From Bugula neritina (lineage: Eukaryota; Animalia; Bryozoa), in assembly GCA_964035545.1 (NCBI GenBank), contig OZ037768.1, positions 12,905,675 to 12,969,674 of the forward strand: a stretch of 64,000 nt of DNA, written 5' to 3'. The notes beneath the pieces were generated by a model, which was not told the origin of the DNA, did no database searches, and was given only the letters and a program-made list of their open reading frames with translations. The position numbers and the translations under genes were made by a program. Below, in pieces: positions 30,463 through 44,531 of this stretch. Numbering within the stretch: position 1 is the first letter of the stretch; the number at the start of each line of letters is the position of its first letter.

Positions 30463-33400
30463 TTAGTCTAAGTCTGGCAGGTCATCAACTTCCATAGACT
30501 CTACTTCATTCACTTGTTCACTAAACATTAGTTTTCGAACTGAAGTTGGCACTTTTCCAATAGCCAAATGGCTGTCCATTTTAATCACAGATTTTGGGGT
30601 GGAGAGAGAAGTCTCCAAACCATTAAAAGTGGAACATAGCCTATTACCTGAGTCACATTTTGCAGCTATTGCGCGAGACCCTAAACATTGCTTGGCTACT
30701 TTCCTGAGTTTGGATATTCCATCCAGATTTACTGCTAGCGCCTAAAAAGTAAAAACGTATTAGAAGTCAACTGGTTTCGCTTCTACTTTGCATTTGTCAT
30801 AATAACTCAAACGCGTGGCACTAGTAGGTAGTAAAACAGAGTAGGCATCTTACAACTGCACATCACCAAAATATGTTGCAATAAAATACTGCGATCTTAA
30901 CTTATAGGGCATTCTACAAACAATATTAACCAATGATTTTATTAAACGCTTTGTACCCACAAAATATTATATTCTAGGGCCATCTCAACTTATGGAGTCA
31001 AACAGCTTCGTTGGATAGAAAAACCAAAAAAAGATTGAAAAAGAAGTAATAAAACTACCAAGTTTAAACAAAATTATTGATCCTTGCAATGAATTAAATG
31101 AATGATAATAAGATTCTTCTAACAAAATAGTAGATTTGCAGCAAAGCTGAATTGACTAGTGTTACATTTATTGGAATAAACCGATCACATATAATATTGC
31201 AAATTAATGCAAGTATCAACAATTCTAGTTAGCTTCAACAAGATTACTTTATAGCCATGATACCTGCAGGTCTTCAAATTATGTAGATACCAACAAGAAC
31301 CATGCAAAAACAAATTTCAACAGTTAATGATGCAAATAAAATGTAACTTTCAAAACTCTCTGTCCACATAATCTGAAGTGGCCTCATTTCTTAGCATTGA
31401 ATACCCAAAAGGTATCATTTGGTGTTAAAAATTACTAGCAAGTGTGTCAAAGTGTGTAACCACACTCCATCCTAAACCAACTCAGTCCACTACTCTGAGA
31501 CTTTAGTAAGCTAAGAACAATCTGACAAATTCATAGGATACCTTGCTGGCAGTAGAGAATGACCTCGGCATATTACTAGTAGGTGACAAAGTGTTCATTT
31601 CACTGTCTCCAGTTGCAGCAGCAGTTTCATCCATCATCTCGCCATCTTCTTCATGCCCCGGTAACCGCACCTCTTGGCTATCAACTGGTATAATCTTCGT
31701 GGGAGTTGGTTTGTGCGTAATGCCTAGCAAATCCTAAACAAAAGTAACATGTGATAAGGTAGAAAGATGTTTAAGCAACAACTTGCATTAGTAGGGACCT
31801 CTATACAAAACTTCATTACTGTTACCCAAAATTTACCTGCCCTGTTTTGTGACACGTGGACTCAAATCTGGGGCTACAGGACTGTATGACTTGCCGAGAA
31901 AACATAACTCCTAACAGTGTCAAAATAATATTACTAGAGTAAAGCCATAAACACCATGAGAGTTTCAACGTAGCAGGAATTATTTTACAACTAACTACAC
32001 ACAGTAAAGCTGCAGGTATACCTTCACAATCTTCAGTCAGAAATTAAATTCGGCCAAGTTTAAAATTTCACTGAGCTGCATCGCATTGTAAAAGCCACTT
32101 GTCAAAATTATTGACTTGTGATTACTTAATCGGCGATTTCAAAATAATAATCAAAAGGAATGATAACTCTGTGTAGATATCAGCATTTAATTATGACTTT
32201 CTTAATTATCAATTTTATCGGAATTATCAACTTTACTAATTTATTAAGTTTTCAAAGGGCATCAAATAGCGATTAAGCGAATTATATTGCACTATCAGAA
32301 AGAGAGCTTTCGCATTTATATGATTTCAATGATTTGCGATAAAACTATAAAGGGTTACTCCTATAAAGTGAAATTAACTGAAACACAGAAGTTTTTTCAG
32401 CAGAGGTATAAACGCAACTTTACGCTATTGATTGAAAAAGCGATGACCTTGAAACTAATCTACAATGACTAAAAGATAAAAGTACCTCTAAAGTTGCTGG
32501 CTCTGGCTTATAACTTTACATTGTTTACAAACAAATAAAATATTATGGAATTTCCATCCTCAGTGAAACAATTGCAAGGAGTGATATAAAATACTCACAT
32601 CGATTGGTGTGGCTTGTTTAACTAGCTTGTCCCATTTGAGTGAAACTTTGAGCATCAAACCCTTTAGCTGGGATACATTTGGCAGCATAGGATTTTCATT
32701 CAAAGCCCTGCATTGTTTACACATTAGCTGACGCATATCCTCTAAAACACCCTGTAAAATTAAATATAGCAAAATATTACACATATGTATAATCATCATA
32801 ATATTACTTTATGATTTCAACACCGTTAGTTCAAATAATTATATCTCATTATACATTGTATCAATTGAGGAAAGAGCTAAAATTACACGATATTTGTATT
32901 GCCTCATATTAAATTGAAAGTTACATTTTCTTAAAATTTGTCATTGAAAAATTGTGAAAAATTCAGACACTGTTTAGAGAAATAAATAAATTCATTAGTG
33001 TATATTCTTAACATGCCGAATTCCAACACCTATACAATTTAATAGAACTACAAATTGCAAGGAATTACCCTCTCCTCTGGCTCAATTTCATTCCCAACAG
33101 CAATCTCAAATAGACTGATCAATGAATGTAGCAAGTACATGTCCGCTGACTCATCAATACGCAGATTGAAATATTCATCAGCCAATGAAATGAATGACCA
33201 GTCTGTTGAAGTCAGCTTCTCATTGCGTTGACTTGCTCCCAGTTGGCATATAGTCAGATAAGCTAGAGTGCTCCTTAAATCAATGGCGAGCTTACTTATA
33301 GGTGGTATGAGATTAACTATGTGCAGCTTATTGTGATGATGCGTCGCTACTGATAATAGACAGTGGCATAACTCCAATTCCTGCAGATATAGGAAAGCAG

Positions 33401-36400
33401 AGTTTAAAAGATACATACATATAATAATTATCTATCTTTTGAATACACACAACACTTACAATAAAAACAGTTAACAATTTGTGTATTTTTACAGCTTCTA
33501 AGTTTCCAAGTTAAATACTGCTAAATCAACTGTACTTTTACTTACAATATTGGAGCTTTGCCCATTTAACAAGCCAGTGCCACTAGTTAAGACGGATAAT
33601 ATAAGGGAATGCATACACATTTGGAAAACTCCAGATCTTTCTGCACTGCAATAAATTTGAATAGTAAAACTAAGTAAACAAACGATGCAGGCACTAGTAT
33701 TAGCAGACAAACCACAACATGAATAATAAAGTCAAATCATGACACTTTGTCTGTAAAATGCACCATGTAAATAGCTTTACAAGATAAAACACAGCTAAAA
33801 ACCATTTCTGTAAGCCATTATAAGGTAGGATTGCAAGCAAGCAGTACACAAGATGTGTTTACCTCAGCAAGGATTGGTCAAGAGAAAGTTTTGCCACAAC
33901 TTTCATCAGTTTCAGTGTTTCTGTTTCACTGTAAGTGTTTCTAAAGCAGACAAAAAAAAGGAGGAGAAAATATGGCATAGAAGACTACTTCTAGTGCCTT
34001 TCATAAACTAAACCTCTTGAATATGAAACTCTTCCATGTCTAAAAGATGACTGTCTAGCTCAGGGAACAGATTGAATTACCCGGTGCAAGACTTTGCTCA
34101 GTTTACACATGTATGCAGTATGAAAATTGGAACAAATCTCAAGCATAGGCTAAAAATCTTAAATAAAAACCAATTTTCGGTCTCAAATCTAATATTGAAG
34201 TTATTGAAGTATAAAATAATAATCGTACCAATATGATTTTGCATTAATTACTGAACAAAGAGATGCCTCAACTGTTATGTTGTGATAATATGAATTTGAA
34301 GTAGTTTGTGTAGTATATGACTGTATTGATAGAGCACTAGCAGGCAACTGACTAACAAGTGAAACAGGGATGAGTAAATACAATGACAACTGGTCTTGTG
34401 GTAATAATAGGCAAATAACAGTTTACATAAGAATGAATGACAAACCACTAATGAGAATATGAGTTTATAATGCTGAACAAATATATTACAGAACTAAGCT
34501 GCTAGTCAGGTTATGTAATTGTAAGAGTATCTATACTTATGTATCACCAACCACAAAACAGATAATGCTTACCTGTATCTGTGTGCAGCATCAACTATGT
34601 TTAAATACCCCTCGATGTTACCTACATATGGATGCAGAACCTTACTCAAACTGTTTTTGGTTTGACAATTAACTTCATTGCCAACACTATCAACAGATCT
34701 GGCACCTACGTAAATCCAATGACAACACATAATTTAAAATGTTCAACATAACTGAAAGTTAGATGACATCAGATGCCTATCATTGAACCAGGAAGAAATG
34801 AATTTGCCTTTCACAGTTACAGTTAAATGTGTACAATGACATGAGTAACACAAGTGCAGTAATCAATATTATATTACTTGTGATGATTTGAAAAGTATTA
34901 AACATGTAGTATGATCACTAGAGACGATGACATCTGTTATTTGTGAAACTCTTTTCACTGAAGAGGTAAAAATACACTTACCAAAATGTTTTAAAATCAT
35001 CATTAAATGCTCAAACTTTGGGGTCCACGAAGAAGTAAGCTTGTCCACACCTGCGCCTTCATAGTTGTTAGTGAGGAATGCCTCAAGTTGAGATTTTAGT
35101 AGTTCAACAGCAGATTGTTGTTGGTGTAAACACACTACAACATTTAATTATGTTAGATATCTTACCAATAGGCTTGAGCTTCCACAACACATATTAATGC
35201 AGAGGACTTCTCATGAATGACTACAATCTACGACTACAATCTACGCACATGGTTTTAGTCAATTTATGTTCGGTACACACAGTTAAAAGCTGATGTACAG
35301 TAAAATTACAGAAGAGTTGAAAAAGAGACTGGCCATGGTGACCAGTGCATGAAATAAAAACGCTATTTAATCTATAGCATATACAAACTATTACAACTTG
35401 TGTAAAAATTTATCTAGACATGATAGAGGGAATATAAATGTAGCTGTATGCATGCACTTTATTCGTTCATATTGAACATATCATTCAAGTAAGTGAAAGA
35501 CTTTTCTACATACTGTTTTTACTCAAGTACTGTGACTTTCATCTACACTCTACAGCATTACTAGTCTGACCTTAGACAAGAAACCAGCTTATTACAAAGT
35601 TGTTTTTTTTAAACTACAGAACAGAGCTCAGCCTACGTGTACTGACAGGTCTATTGCTTTACGATCTTGCATCAGTAACTTACTGGCTAGAAACATGTTG
35701 TCTAACAATAAGGTCTTGTGCTCCATCATCTTCAGCATGAGAAAACACTTCTTAGCAAGACGAACACACTTGGTGGGGCACCTCATACAGATCAATATTT
35801 TAAGGTCAGCTTCTGGAATGGACGGAGGAGACAGTGGCAACATAGAAAGAGACATGGCTGACGGGTCTACATCCAGCCACACTACTCCAGGAGCCAATGG
35901 TGGTATATTGTTCTTCCCATGTTCCTAGCAGCACCGTTTCATGTTAGATTATAAACAATGCAGAGCAATGATGAAATATAAACATATACTAAACATTAAA
36001 AGAACATTGGTTAGTCTTAGGAATACAGCACCAACCTTGTCAAGCTCCATTTCCGCTTTCATTTGTTTTCTTTCATCTTCCGCCTTTCTTTGCACTGCAA
36101 AATACAATCATTTCAGAAAATAATATTGAATGCACTTTAATACTCATAGATAATAAATAGATAGATGTAAACCTATTCCAACCTGACCGTCTCAGACTGA
36201 GAGTAACGAGAAAAGAGCTGTAATAACACAGACGTACCAGTGTTACAGATATCTCTGTAGCCTTTCACTTCCACCTTTTTGGCTTGTCTTGCACAGAAGC
36301 CCTGCAGTAGACTATCCAGGTTCACTTCAGGTTGGCGACTCAGAGATGTAAGTTTTTCATCAGGAATCAGACCCACGGGCCTCAGCTCCGAGAAAGCATC

Positions 36401-37960
36401 GTCCTGGTCTGAACTTACCTGCCTGTCCTTCTCGCTTGAACCAGATTGATTTGCTAAAAGAGCATATAGCTTCATATCAAAAAAGATCATAAGTTGCAAA
36501 GATTCAATTGTCAGCAAACACCACCTGCTAACTCATATGTGGCTAGTCCGTTATATTTAGCCAAAGTTGAAAAAAGTACATATAATGGTTGAACAATGAT
36601 ATATATCAGTTTCTGAATTTAATACAGTCAACCAGTAACGGTTTGTTTATACTTTTGCTTAAAAAAGTACGGAGTTTTAGTTAATATCAATCTTCCGAGC
36701 AATCCTTTATAGTTTTACTAATAATCGTTGAAATCAGATTGATGCAGAAGCTTATTTTCTAATAGTGAAGTATGACTTGATTACTCAATATTTGATGCTC
36801 TTTAAAAACGTAAAGTTGACAGCATAAGAACAACTATGGTGGCAGATATGATCATAAACATGATGCTCTTACTTGAATCACTGAAGCTTTAGTTAATTAA
36901 ATGCTGATATCTACAGTTTTGACTGTTATTCTGAAATTGACTGATTAAGTTATCACAAGTCAAAACTTTTCTGAGTGGCATTTACAATGCAACTCGTTAA
37001 AATTTTCAACTCAGTCAAATTGAATTTCGGACTGAGAATTGTGAAAGTATAAAGGCAACTTTAGTCTCATCAATTAGCTTTGTTATAAAAATATGTTTAA
37101 ATTACCTTTCCATTCATTGAGCTTATGCTTTAAAGCCCTGGCCACAAGAGGTTCCATGTAAAATAAATTAGTTTTCAACACAGCTTCACATTCTTTATAT
37201 GAACTGAAAAAGACACAATACTAAAATGTGCAGTCAAATATGCCAATGTATGTATTCGATTAAAATGTTAGCAAAATTAATTTTATAACTTTTTAATCTA
37301 TCTTATGTAAACTGAGAGCATCTTTAACCTACATTTACAATTTTACACAAAACTGTAGAAATTGACTATATACCTAAAAGAATTCTTTAAATGTAAATTG
37401 TAAAAAAATATTCGAGTTTATAGTGCTAACCACTTGTGAAATGCCAACAAATACCAGTCACAGGACTTATAATTGCATTTTTTCACAAACATATATAAAA
37501 GACTGATCAACAAGCAGGTACAAAGATTTTTAATAGACCAATCTGCATATAGGCAACAAAATCAGTTACGCTGGTATTAGTTAAATGAATCTTGTGACAT
37601 AAGAATACTTTGTTTAATGTTCATTGACAAAGCTAGTACCAGTATATAATTTTGTTGTCTGTGAAATAGTATATCAGTAAATGATGTTTACATCTACATT
37701 TCCAGAAGCGTTTTAATTCAGTTTATAGAGTCAATAGCTATTATTCGCAGTTGTTACATTTGCTTCGCAAACTACTGTTTACATTTTCAATATTCATATG
37801 GCCCTCAAATGAAAACCTAGCAACCGGTAATTGAAAATTAACTTTTTTTTCAAAAGTTATACTTCAATTGTTAGATGGACATTTACAACAGGGATAGTAA
37901 TATGAATAGCATTCCTATTTTACCTTAGTGATAGTTCTTTTAGAACTGAGAGCTTAGCAA
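30463..37960 (-). CDS. SLF2: SMC5-SMC6 complex localization factor 2 (SLF2/FAM178)-like protein; 5' exons not resolved
   Basis: Phase-consistent exons 37924-37960, 37106-37203, 36238-36453, 36036-36094, 35684-35924, 34982-35134, 34573-34705, 33863-33940, 33546-33645, 33069-33380, 32599-32751, 31542-31733, 30463-30741 (TAA); ~680 aa. Motifs WTPKFEHLMMILKHFGA, YSETETLKLMKVVAKLSLD, HHHNKLHIVNLIP..LRSTLAYLTI and LNENPMLPNVSQLKGLMLKVSLKWDKL resemble, from memory and in the same order, the C-terminal conserved domain of vertebrate SLF2/FAM178 (WIPSL, KMSLE, HHHNLLWLVQLVP, KVKDLVARIHGKWQ). Confidence 0.7.
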
Positions 37961-39733
37961 CTATGTTGAATATGTAAAAAAACTTTTTTATATTAAACCC
38001 TTGAAGAGCATCTGCTTACTATGTTGACCAAAGTGCGTAATGAGGAATAAAAGATAAATGAAGGAAGGAAGTATTGTCTTTAAGTTATGTATAGGACTTG
38101 TTTTGATTTATAAAACAAATGGTATAAATTTTATAATATAAACTCACTAAATAACAAATATTGTAAACTGTAAAGTCACAACCATGGGGTAGGAAATACA
38201 AGATTTTTATGTAATCAAAATAGGTTTTGTGTCCTTGAAGTTGCCCTTTATTATCAAAATGTCTGTCAGTTGCCCAAATTCTAATCAATATGACTAGTGT
38301 GAGCAAATTAGCATATCCCAAGATTTTTCATAAGAGCTCCACCCAAATCAAACATGTTTTGAAGTAAAATACATGTGTGTTGGAATGGGATGTGTAGGAG
38401 CTATTCACTTTTTATATATGTCAAATCTAATGTTATGCACACTATTAATTAACTATGCAACAACACAAGTCATCGAAGTTTGGTTAGTTAAATTGGACAA
38501 TTTTGGATGTACCAATACAGTGCGAGAATATCAAAGGGCAGTTAAGCTTGAGCATGGGTCATGACTATTTAAAAATTACTCAAAAACTATGAAACAATAT
38601 AATATGCTAATATAACATTAGCTTTTCGATTTATTATATGTATAAAATAGACAAATTGGCGTTCACACAGCACACTTGAGAATAGTCTGTTGGCTTGCTT
38701 ATATCATGGGACTTTGCAAAACTGTACAAGTCAAAGTAATTATTGATTGTGTATGGTAAAATATTTTGGTAGAGATGATTTCAGCTCTCCTAAAGGCAAA
38801 GTTATTTTCTTGCTCTTTCGTAGAGTATTGCCTGGTTTGTGTTTTTAAGAACAAGTCAAGACCATGTAAAACTCAGCCAATCACAGGTTCGTACCACATT
38901 AAATATCTCACCATGATAACTTATATAAAATTATTCAAGTTCTAGTACAAAATGCATGCTTCTAAAAACAGTTGTAAAACTTTTGCTACATGCATTATGA
39001 AATTTCATATCTTAAGTTTAGAGCATTGAGTTAAGTTTTTAATATTTTAAAATTAAATGTTTGAAAATTGCAGTTAAAAATTACATGTCTGAAAATATAC
39101 CCTAAATGAGCTGCACCACTGCTCCAGCCATAACTGCGAGAAGGCGCAATACACCCTGTGTTGTTATTATAACATTATTGAGTTCATTATTTGGCAGTTT
39201 GGTGTTGTGATACTCATAATTTTGATACACAGCTCACGGGTTAGTTGAGTAATGTATACACCTGTTTACAGTAACAATTTTAAATTTTATTCTGAATTAT
39301 ATAAGCAATATGTATGAAGGTACACTTTGATCGTCGAAACAAATTTGGCCTACTGGCTAGTGATAATTTCCACACCCCAAACATTATAAAATGTGACTTA
39401 CTAAGCTACTAGCTTTGTCAAACGTTATATTTATTGAAATGTCTAGCCGTTATTAAAAACTTATGCTAATCTGTAGAGTTGCATATAAGATAAAGTTGTA
39501 TATTGTAATGGATTCTCATCCTCTATTGTTCTGAAATAACTGTGTGCATCAGTATACTATAAATACTGTTGCGTATCGTTCTTAATGCTGTAATTATAGT
39601 TAAGTAAGCTAGCTTGCTAATGCCTAAGTATGGTGATTACTGTTAAGCTTTCAGCATAATGTAATTTTACTGAAATACGCATTCTGAAGTTATGTAATAT
39701 TTCTTTTACTAATGTTGCTTTCTTTTGTGTGTG

Positions 39734-39816
39734 TCCTTTGTTGCTGAGATCGGCATTTCGGAGTCCCGAAATGCCGATATTCGGCATTTCGGAACCCCGA
39801 TCTCGGCAACAAAGGA
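39734..39816. repeat. GC-rich nested palindrome / miniature inverted-repeat element
   Basis: TCCTTTGTTGCTGAGATCGG ... CCGATCTCGGCAACAAAGGA terminal arms; internal hairpin ATCGGCATTTCGG-agtc-CCGAAATGCCGAT; third CGGCATTTCGG copy. Confidence 0.8.
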
Positions 39817-40740
39817 ATGTCTTTGTCTCGCTTGTATATAAAAGCCAGCGAGTTCCAGTGTAGTTCAGACTACTACTGGAGCTCGCTGGTAGTAGGACCA
39901 CATAAGCTGTATTTGATGCTAATAAAGTTATCTTCATTCGTATTCAGAATACTTGGCTTATTCTCTCTAGAGCATGTAGGCACTAGTTGCATTCAAAACC
40001 CACAAGTTTACTACAATATTTTATGTTGCTACCACACAAAATGTTCAAGACTGGTATGTACAAAAATTCACTAAATGTGGCAAGCTTTTAAAATGATTGA
40101 TCTTATGATTGATTACTGAAATTTTCATCAAGTACTAATAGACTTGATTGAGCACCCATTATATATACTGAACACTATATTATAAATGCATTCACTTTGA
40201 TTTGACGAGTTTTGAAGATTTGCAACAGATCAACATTTTCATATAAAAATAGGTTATTTAGTCGAGCAAGAAAAGTTGAAGGAAGTATATCAGCAAGTAA
40301 ACTCAAGTCAAAACATCTTTTACATTTGAGAGAAAGCAAGTTCCAAATCAACATGATTTGGACCAGGTTCTGCAGTGTTCTTTAATTTAACATATTTCCC
40401 TACTGATATCAATATCCGTCTTGCACTTTCTTTTTGAGTAGCACATATTTCAACTAGTATTACTATTGCTACTACTACTAGTCCATCAATATCATCATAG
40501 TCAATATCATACCTGTTAGTAAGCTATTATATATATATTCTGTAAACACATAATATAGTATATACAATTAATATCATTATATACAAGAACTATTTGTTGA
40601 TAATGCAAATGTTTTTATTATTATACACTAATAGAGTATCATTATACAGCTTTAAGATTAAATAATTAATCCAATCAAAATAAAAATTTAGATTATTACC
40701 ATGAAAACTATAATCATTAGGATTATGATTATTATATTTA

Positions 40741-42443
40741 GGGTGTGACTAAAATGGGTGGCCACCCGGTGTCGCGGTCCGTGACACCTATTTTAGCCAT
40801 AAGGAGGGGTTTTGACTAAAATGGGTGTCACGAAAAGTTTTCGTTTTATTTTCAGATTTTTAGACATTTGTGACTGCTGAAATTGTTATTAACTAAATCT
40901 TCAGTGAATAATTAACGTTTCACAATTGTTTAAACCAAAAAACATAAATAAATAATGATTAAATTAAATTAATTTTAACAAAAACTAAACATATCGAGAG
41001 TTATCTTTCCTCATCAAAGATTTAATTTTTACTTAATTTTACTGTTATCGTTATGATCATAGACATGATAACTTATGAAACATATACTTTAAACTAATAA
41101 AAACATTTTGAGCAATATTAACAAACAAAAATGTCTACAAAATGTGAAAACAAAACTAAAAATCTTCGCGACACCCATTTTAGTTAAAATAATCTAGAAT
41201 GACTAAAATGGGTGTCACAAGAATTTTTGATTAGCATTTAGCATTGAGAACAAATATAATTTTACAATTGACATCATTAAACTGCTTTTCCTTTTTTACA
41301 CCTACTTAGCTAACTAAAAAGTTATGAAACTGCAACATACAAATAAATAAAATTAAAGTCATTGTGAAAACCCTTGGGGTCAAAAACTAGGGGGTGTCGG
41401 GAAGAATTCAATACATGTATTTTAACTTAATTTCATAGTTATTTTTCAGTTTCTAGACATGCTGACTATGAAACCATATACATTAAACTAGTAAAAATAC
41501 CGAGAGGAATATTAACAAAAAAATGTTCACAAAATGTGAAAATAAAACTAAAAATCTTTGCGACACCCATTTTAGTCATTTGGGGGGTGCTTTGACTAAA
41601 ATGGGTGTCAGGGTGATTTTTGCTTTATTCTTTAGCTTTTTGGCAATTTTTGTTGCTAAATTGGTTGGTAATCAAAGCTTTAGGGAAACTCTAATATACA
41701 ATAACTGTTTCACCCTAAATGACAGTAGTATTAAATAATAATTTACAATAATAATAAAATATAATAAAAACCGAAGCTATCAGTGACACTGCCTAGAGTT
41801 ATCTTCCCTTAGTTCTTAGTTATGTTTTTATGATTTTTTTATAATATTTGTGAGTATTAGAGATTTTAATAATTTTAATTAGTAAATGCAAGTAAAAGTT
41901 TCAACATGACATAATTTATAGTATCCAAAACCGCCCAGAAAGCTAAAAATAAAGCAGAAATCACCGTGACACCCATTTTAGTCACTGGTGGGTGTTTTTA
42001 CTAAAATGGGTGTCGCGAAGATTTTTAGTTTTGTTTTCACATTTTGTAGACATCTTTGTTTGTTAATATTGCTCAAAATGTTTTTATTAGTTTAAAGTAT
42101 ATGTTTCATAAGTTAGCATGTCTATGATCATAACGATAACAGTAAAATTAAGTGGAAATTAAATTTTTGGTGAGGAAAGATAACTCTCGATAAGTTTAGT
42201 TTTTGTTGAAATTAATTTCATTTAATCATTATTTATTTATGTTTTTTGGTTTAAACAATTGTGAAATGTTAATTATTCACTGAAGATTTATTTAATAACA
42301 ATTTCAGCAGTCACAAATGTCTAAAAATCTGAAAATAAAACGAAAATTTTTCGTGACACCCATTTTAGTCAAAACCCCTCCTTATGACTAAAATGGGTGT
42401 CACGGACCGCGACACCGGGTGGCCACCCATTTTAGTCACACCC
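40741..42443. mobile_element. Non-autonomous Mutator/Foldback-like DNA transposon (1,703 bp) with ~445-bp TIRs
   Basis: 40741-~41185 is the near-perfect reverse complement of ~42000-42443. Ends GGGTGTG...CACACCC. Exact 9-bp TSD TTATATTTA at 40732-40740 and 42444-42452. No transposase ORF. Confidence 0.88.
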
Positions 42444-42800
42444 TTATATTTATAATATTTATCTTAATCGAAATCATAATGATAATCCTAATCATAAATA
42501 TTAATTATACCTATAGTGCTAATGATAATATGAATTGATATGGATTAGTAAACGATAACATTAATTATATTTATTATAATAAAATTTCAATTAAAAACTA
42601 TTGATGTATTAATTTATTACTTAAAGGATTGCTCTATCTTGTCTAATAAATGGCCATTTAGGTCAAACACACATAATATTGTGTTTTTCTAAGCATGCAT
42701 TGACAAAAATCATTTGACCAAAGGTAGAAAAAGTTAGTTGAAGTTGAGGGTGTAGATTGGTAACAGCCAAAACGCCGATTTTGAAATGAGCTGGGAAATG

Positions 42801-42838
42801 TGACGTAACAGCGCCAGCATTCCTGCTGGTCACGTGAC
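42801..42838. promoter_or_regulatory. Candidate promoter motifs (CRE-like TGACGTAA; palindromic E-box GTCACGTGAC)
   Basis: Two CpG-containing motifs within 40 bp in a locally GC-richer patch upstream (minus sense) of the SLF2-like gene. Confidence 0.3.
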
Positions 42839-43442
42839 TATACAAATGAATAACTATAGAAATATGACTGTGAGATGTGATCTTTCAGCTCGTAATTTGT
42901 ATATTTATAGAAGTGCAAATGTGAATTATCTCAATCTATAGTTTTTTGACATGTTAAATAACATGTATGTGATAACATTAGGCCATATTTTGCTTGTAAG
43001 CATAGAAAAAAGCATTGCAAAAACATGCATTTTTTAGGATGAATGCCTGCGATCAATCTAAACTAGGTCAGGTTGTGCAATATTACGGGCGCACCAAAGC
43101 TGACCTATATAGCGCACTGTAACTGCTTGAGCGTTATTGGTTGATGTTGCGCTCAGCAACCTTGAATACTAGCGTTATAGTTAGCACGTGCAGCATAGTT
43201 ACTGGCGTTCACACGTCATGTATTAGGCTATTCTTTTTCATGGCTGAAAATTTTACCTCCCTCAAAATTGGAATTTTGAAAAGCTGTTTTCTAGGCATAT
43301 ATCCCTTTGCAAAGTCACAATTGTTTGCATACACACTAGATTATAGTTCATAATTATAATGTGATTGTAATAATCTAAGATAGAGCAATCCTTTAATGTA
43401 TTAACTACTATTAGTATCATTACTACTGCTGCTGCTACTACA

Positions 43443-43720
43443 TTACTAACTCTACTGCATACAATAATAACTACCACACAATACTAAATCTACTATACAA
43501 TATTGACTCTACCATACAATACTAACTCCACTGCACACAATACTAACTCTTCTGCATACAATACTAACTCCACATAAAATAGTAACTCTACCACACGATA
43601 CTAACTCTACTGCATACAATACTAATTCTACATCATACAATACTAAATCTACTGCATACAATACAAACTATTGCATACAATACTAACTCTACCATAAAAT
43701 ACTAACTCTACTGCATACAA
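43443..43720. repeat. ~21-bp minisatellite (AATACTAACTCTACTGCATAC), about 13 diverged copies
   Basis: Visible tandem periodicity. Confidence 0.85.
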
Positions 43721-44531
43721 CTACTGCTACTACTACTACCAGATGTAGATGCAATAATGGAGAAATTGAGAAAAGTCTGTGTTCTAGATTAGAAATGTAG
43801 CAAAAGGAGTTATGTTCTCGAAAGAATTTCAACCTGTGCCCCAAATCAAAATTTATAAAAAACTTGAAAAACTTAGACTATCTCAATTTTTCCACTACTG
43901 CTCCTAAATATACTACTACTACTAGTAGTATTAAAGTTAGTGCTAGTATTACTATCAGTATTGCAATTTACCATTACATTAGTAATGACTAATGGTAATG
44001 GTCCATTACACTTACAACTACCCAGTGCAACTTACAGTTGCAGTATTAGTACAACTAGTACTACAACTGTTATTATAATAAAATTATCAACTACCAACTT
44101 TAAGTGATAATAATTGCTATTATAAATAGAACTATTTATATAGATTAGTATAATATACAATTTGAATTTTCGTAATGATAACTTGAATAATGATTAGGAT
44201 AAATAATGATAATCATATTAACTATTAGTATTACTATTATTATTATATTTATTAAATACATTAATGATTTTAAATATAATTTTATTACATTTAATGATTT
44301 ATATTTAGTTTTACTTATAGTTATACTAACTCATAGTTATACTTATATCTACATTCTAATTCTCATTCTGATTGTGCGACTACAATAACAGATAAGTGAT
44401 AACTTAAACTAACAGTAACACTAACACTAATACAGTAATACTAATACTAATATAAGACTAGTAACTGTAAGAGTAATACTAAAATTATTGTCACACAGAT
44501 CAGCGTATCATTGTGATTTTAAAAGAAACTT

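Noticed and set aside
39617-40512. ORF 39617-39937 and an open exon-like segment ~40323-40512 as SLF2 5' exons
   Set aside because: Could not be linked in phase with confidence, and the first runs through the inserted palindrome; left unassigned.
40783-42401. CRISPR-like array of regularly spaced repeats
   Set aside because: Eukaryotic context, inverted pairs, ~350-bp intervening modules related to each other, no cas genes; bounded by TIRs and a TSD.
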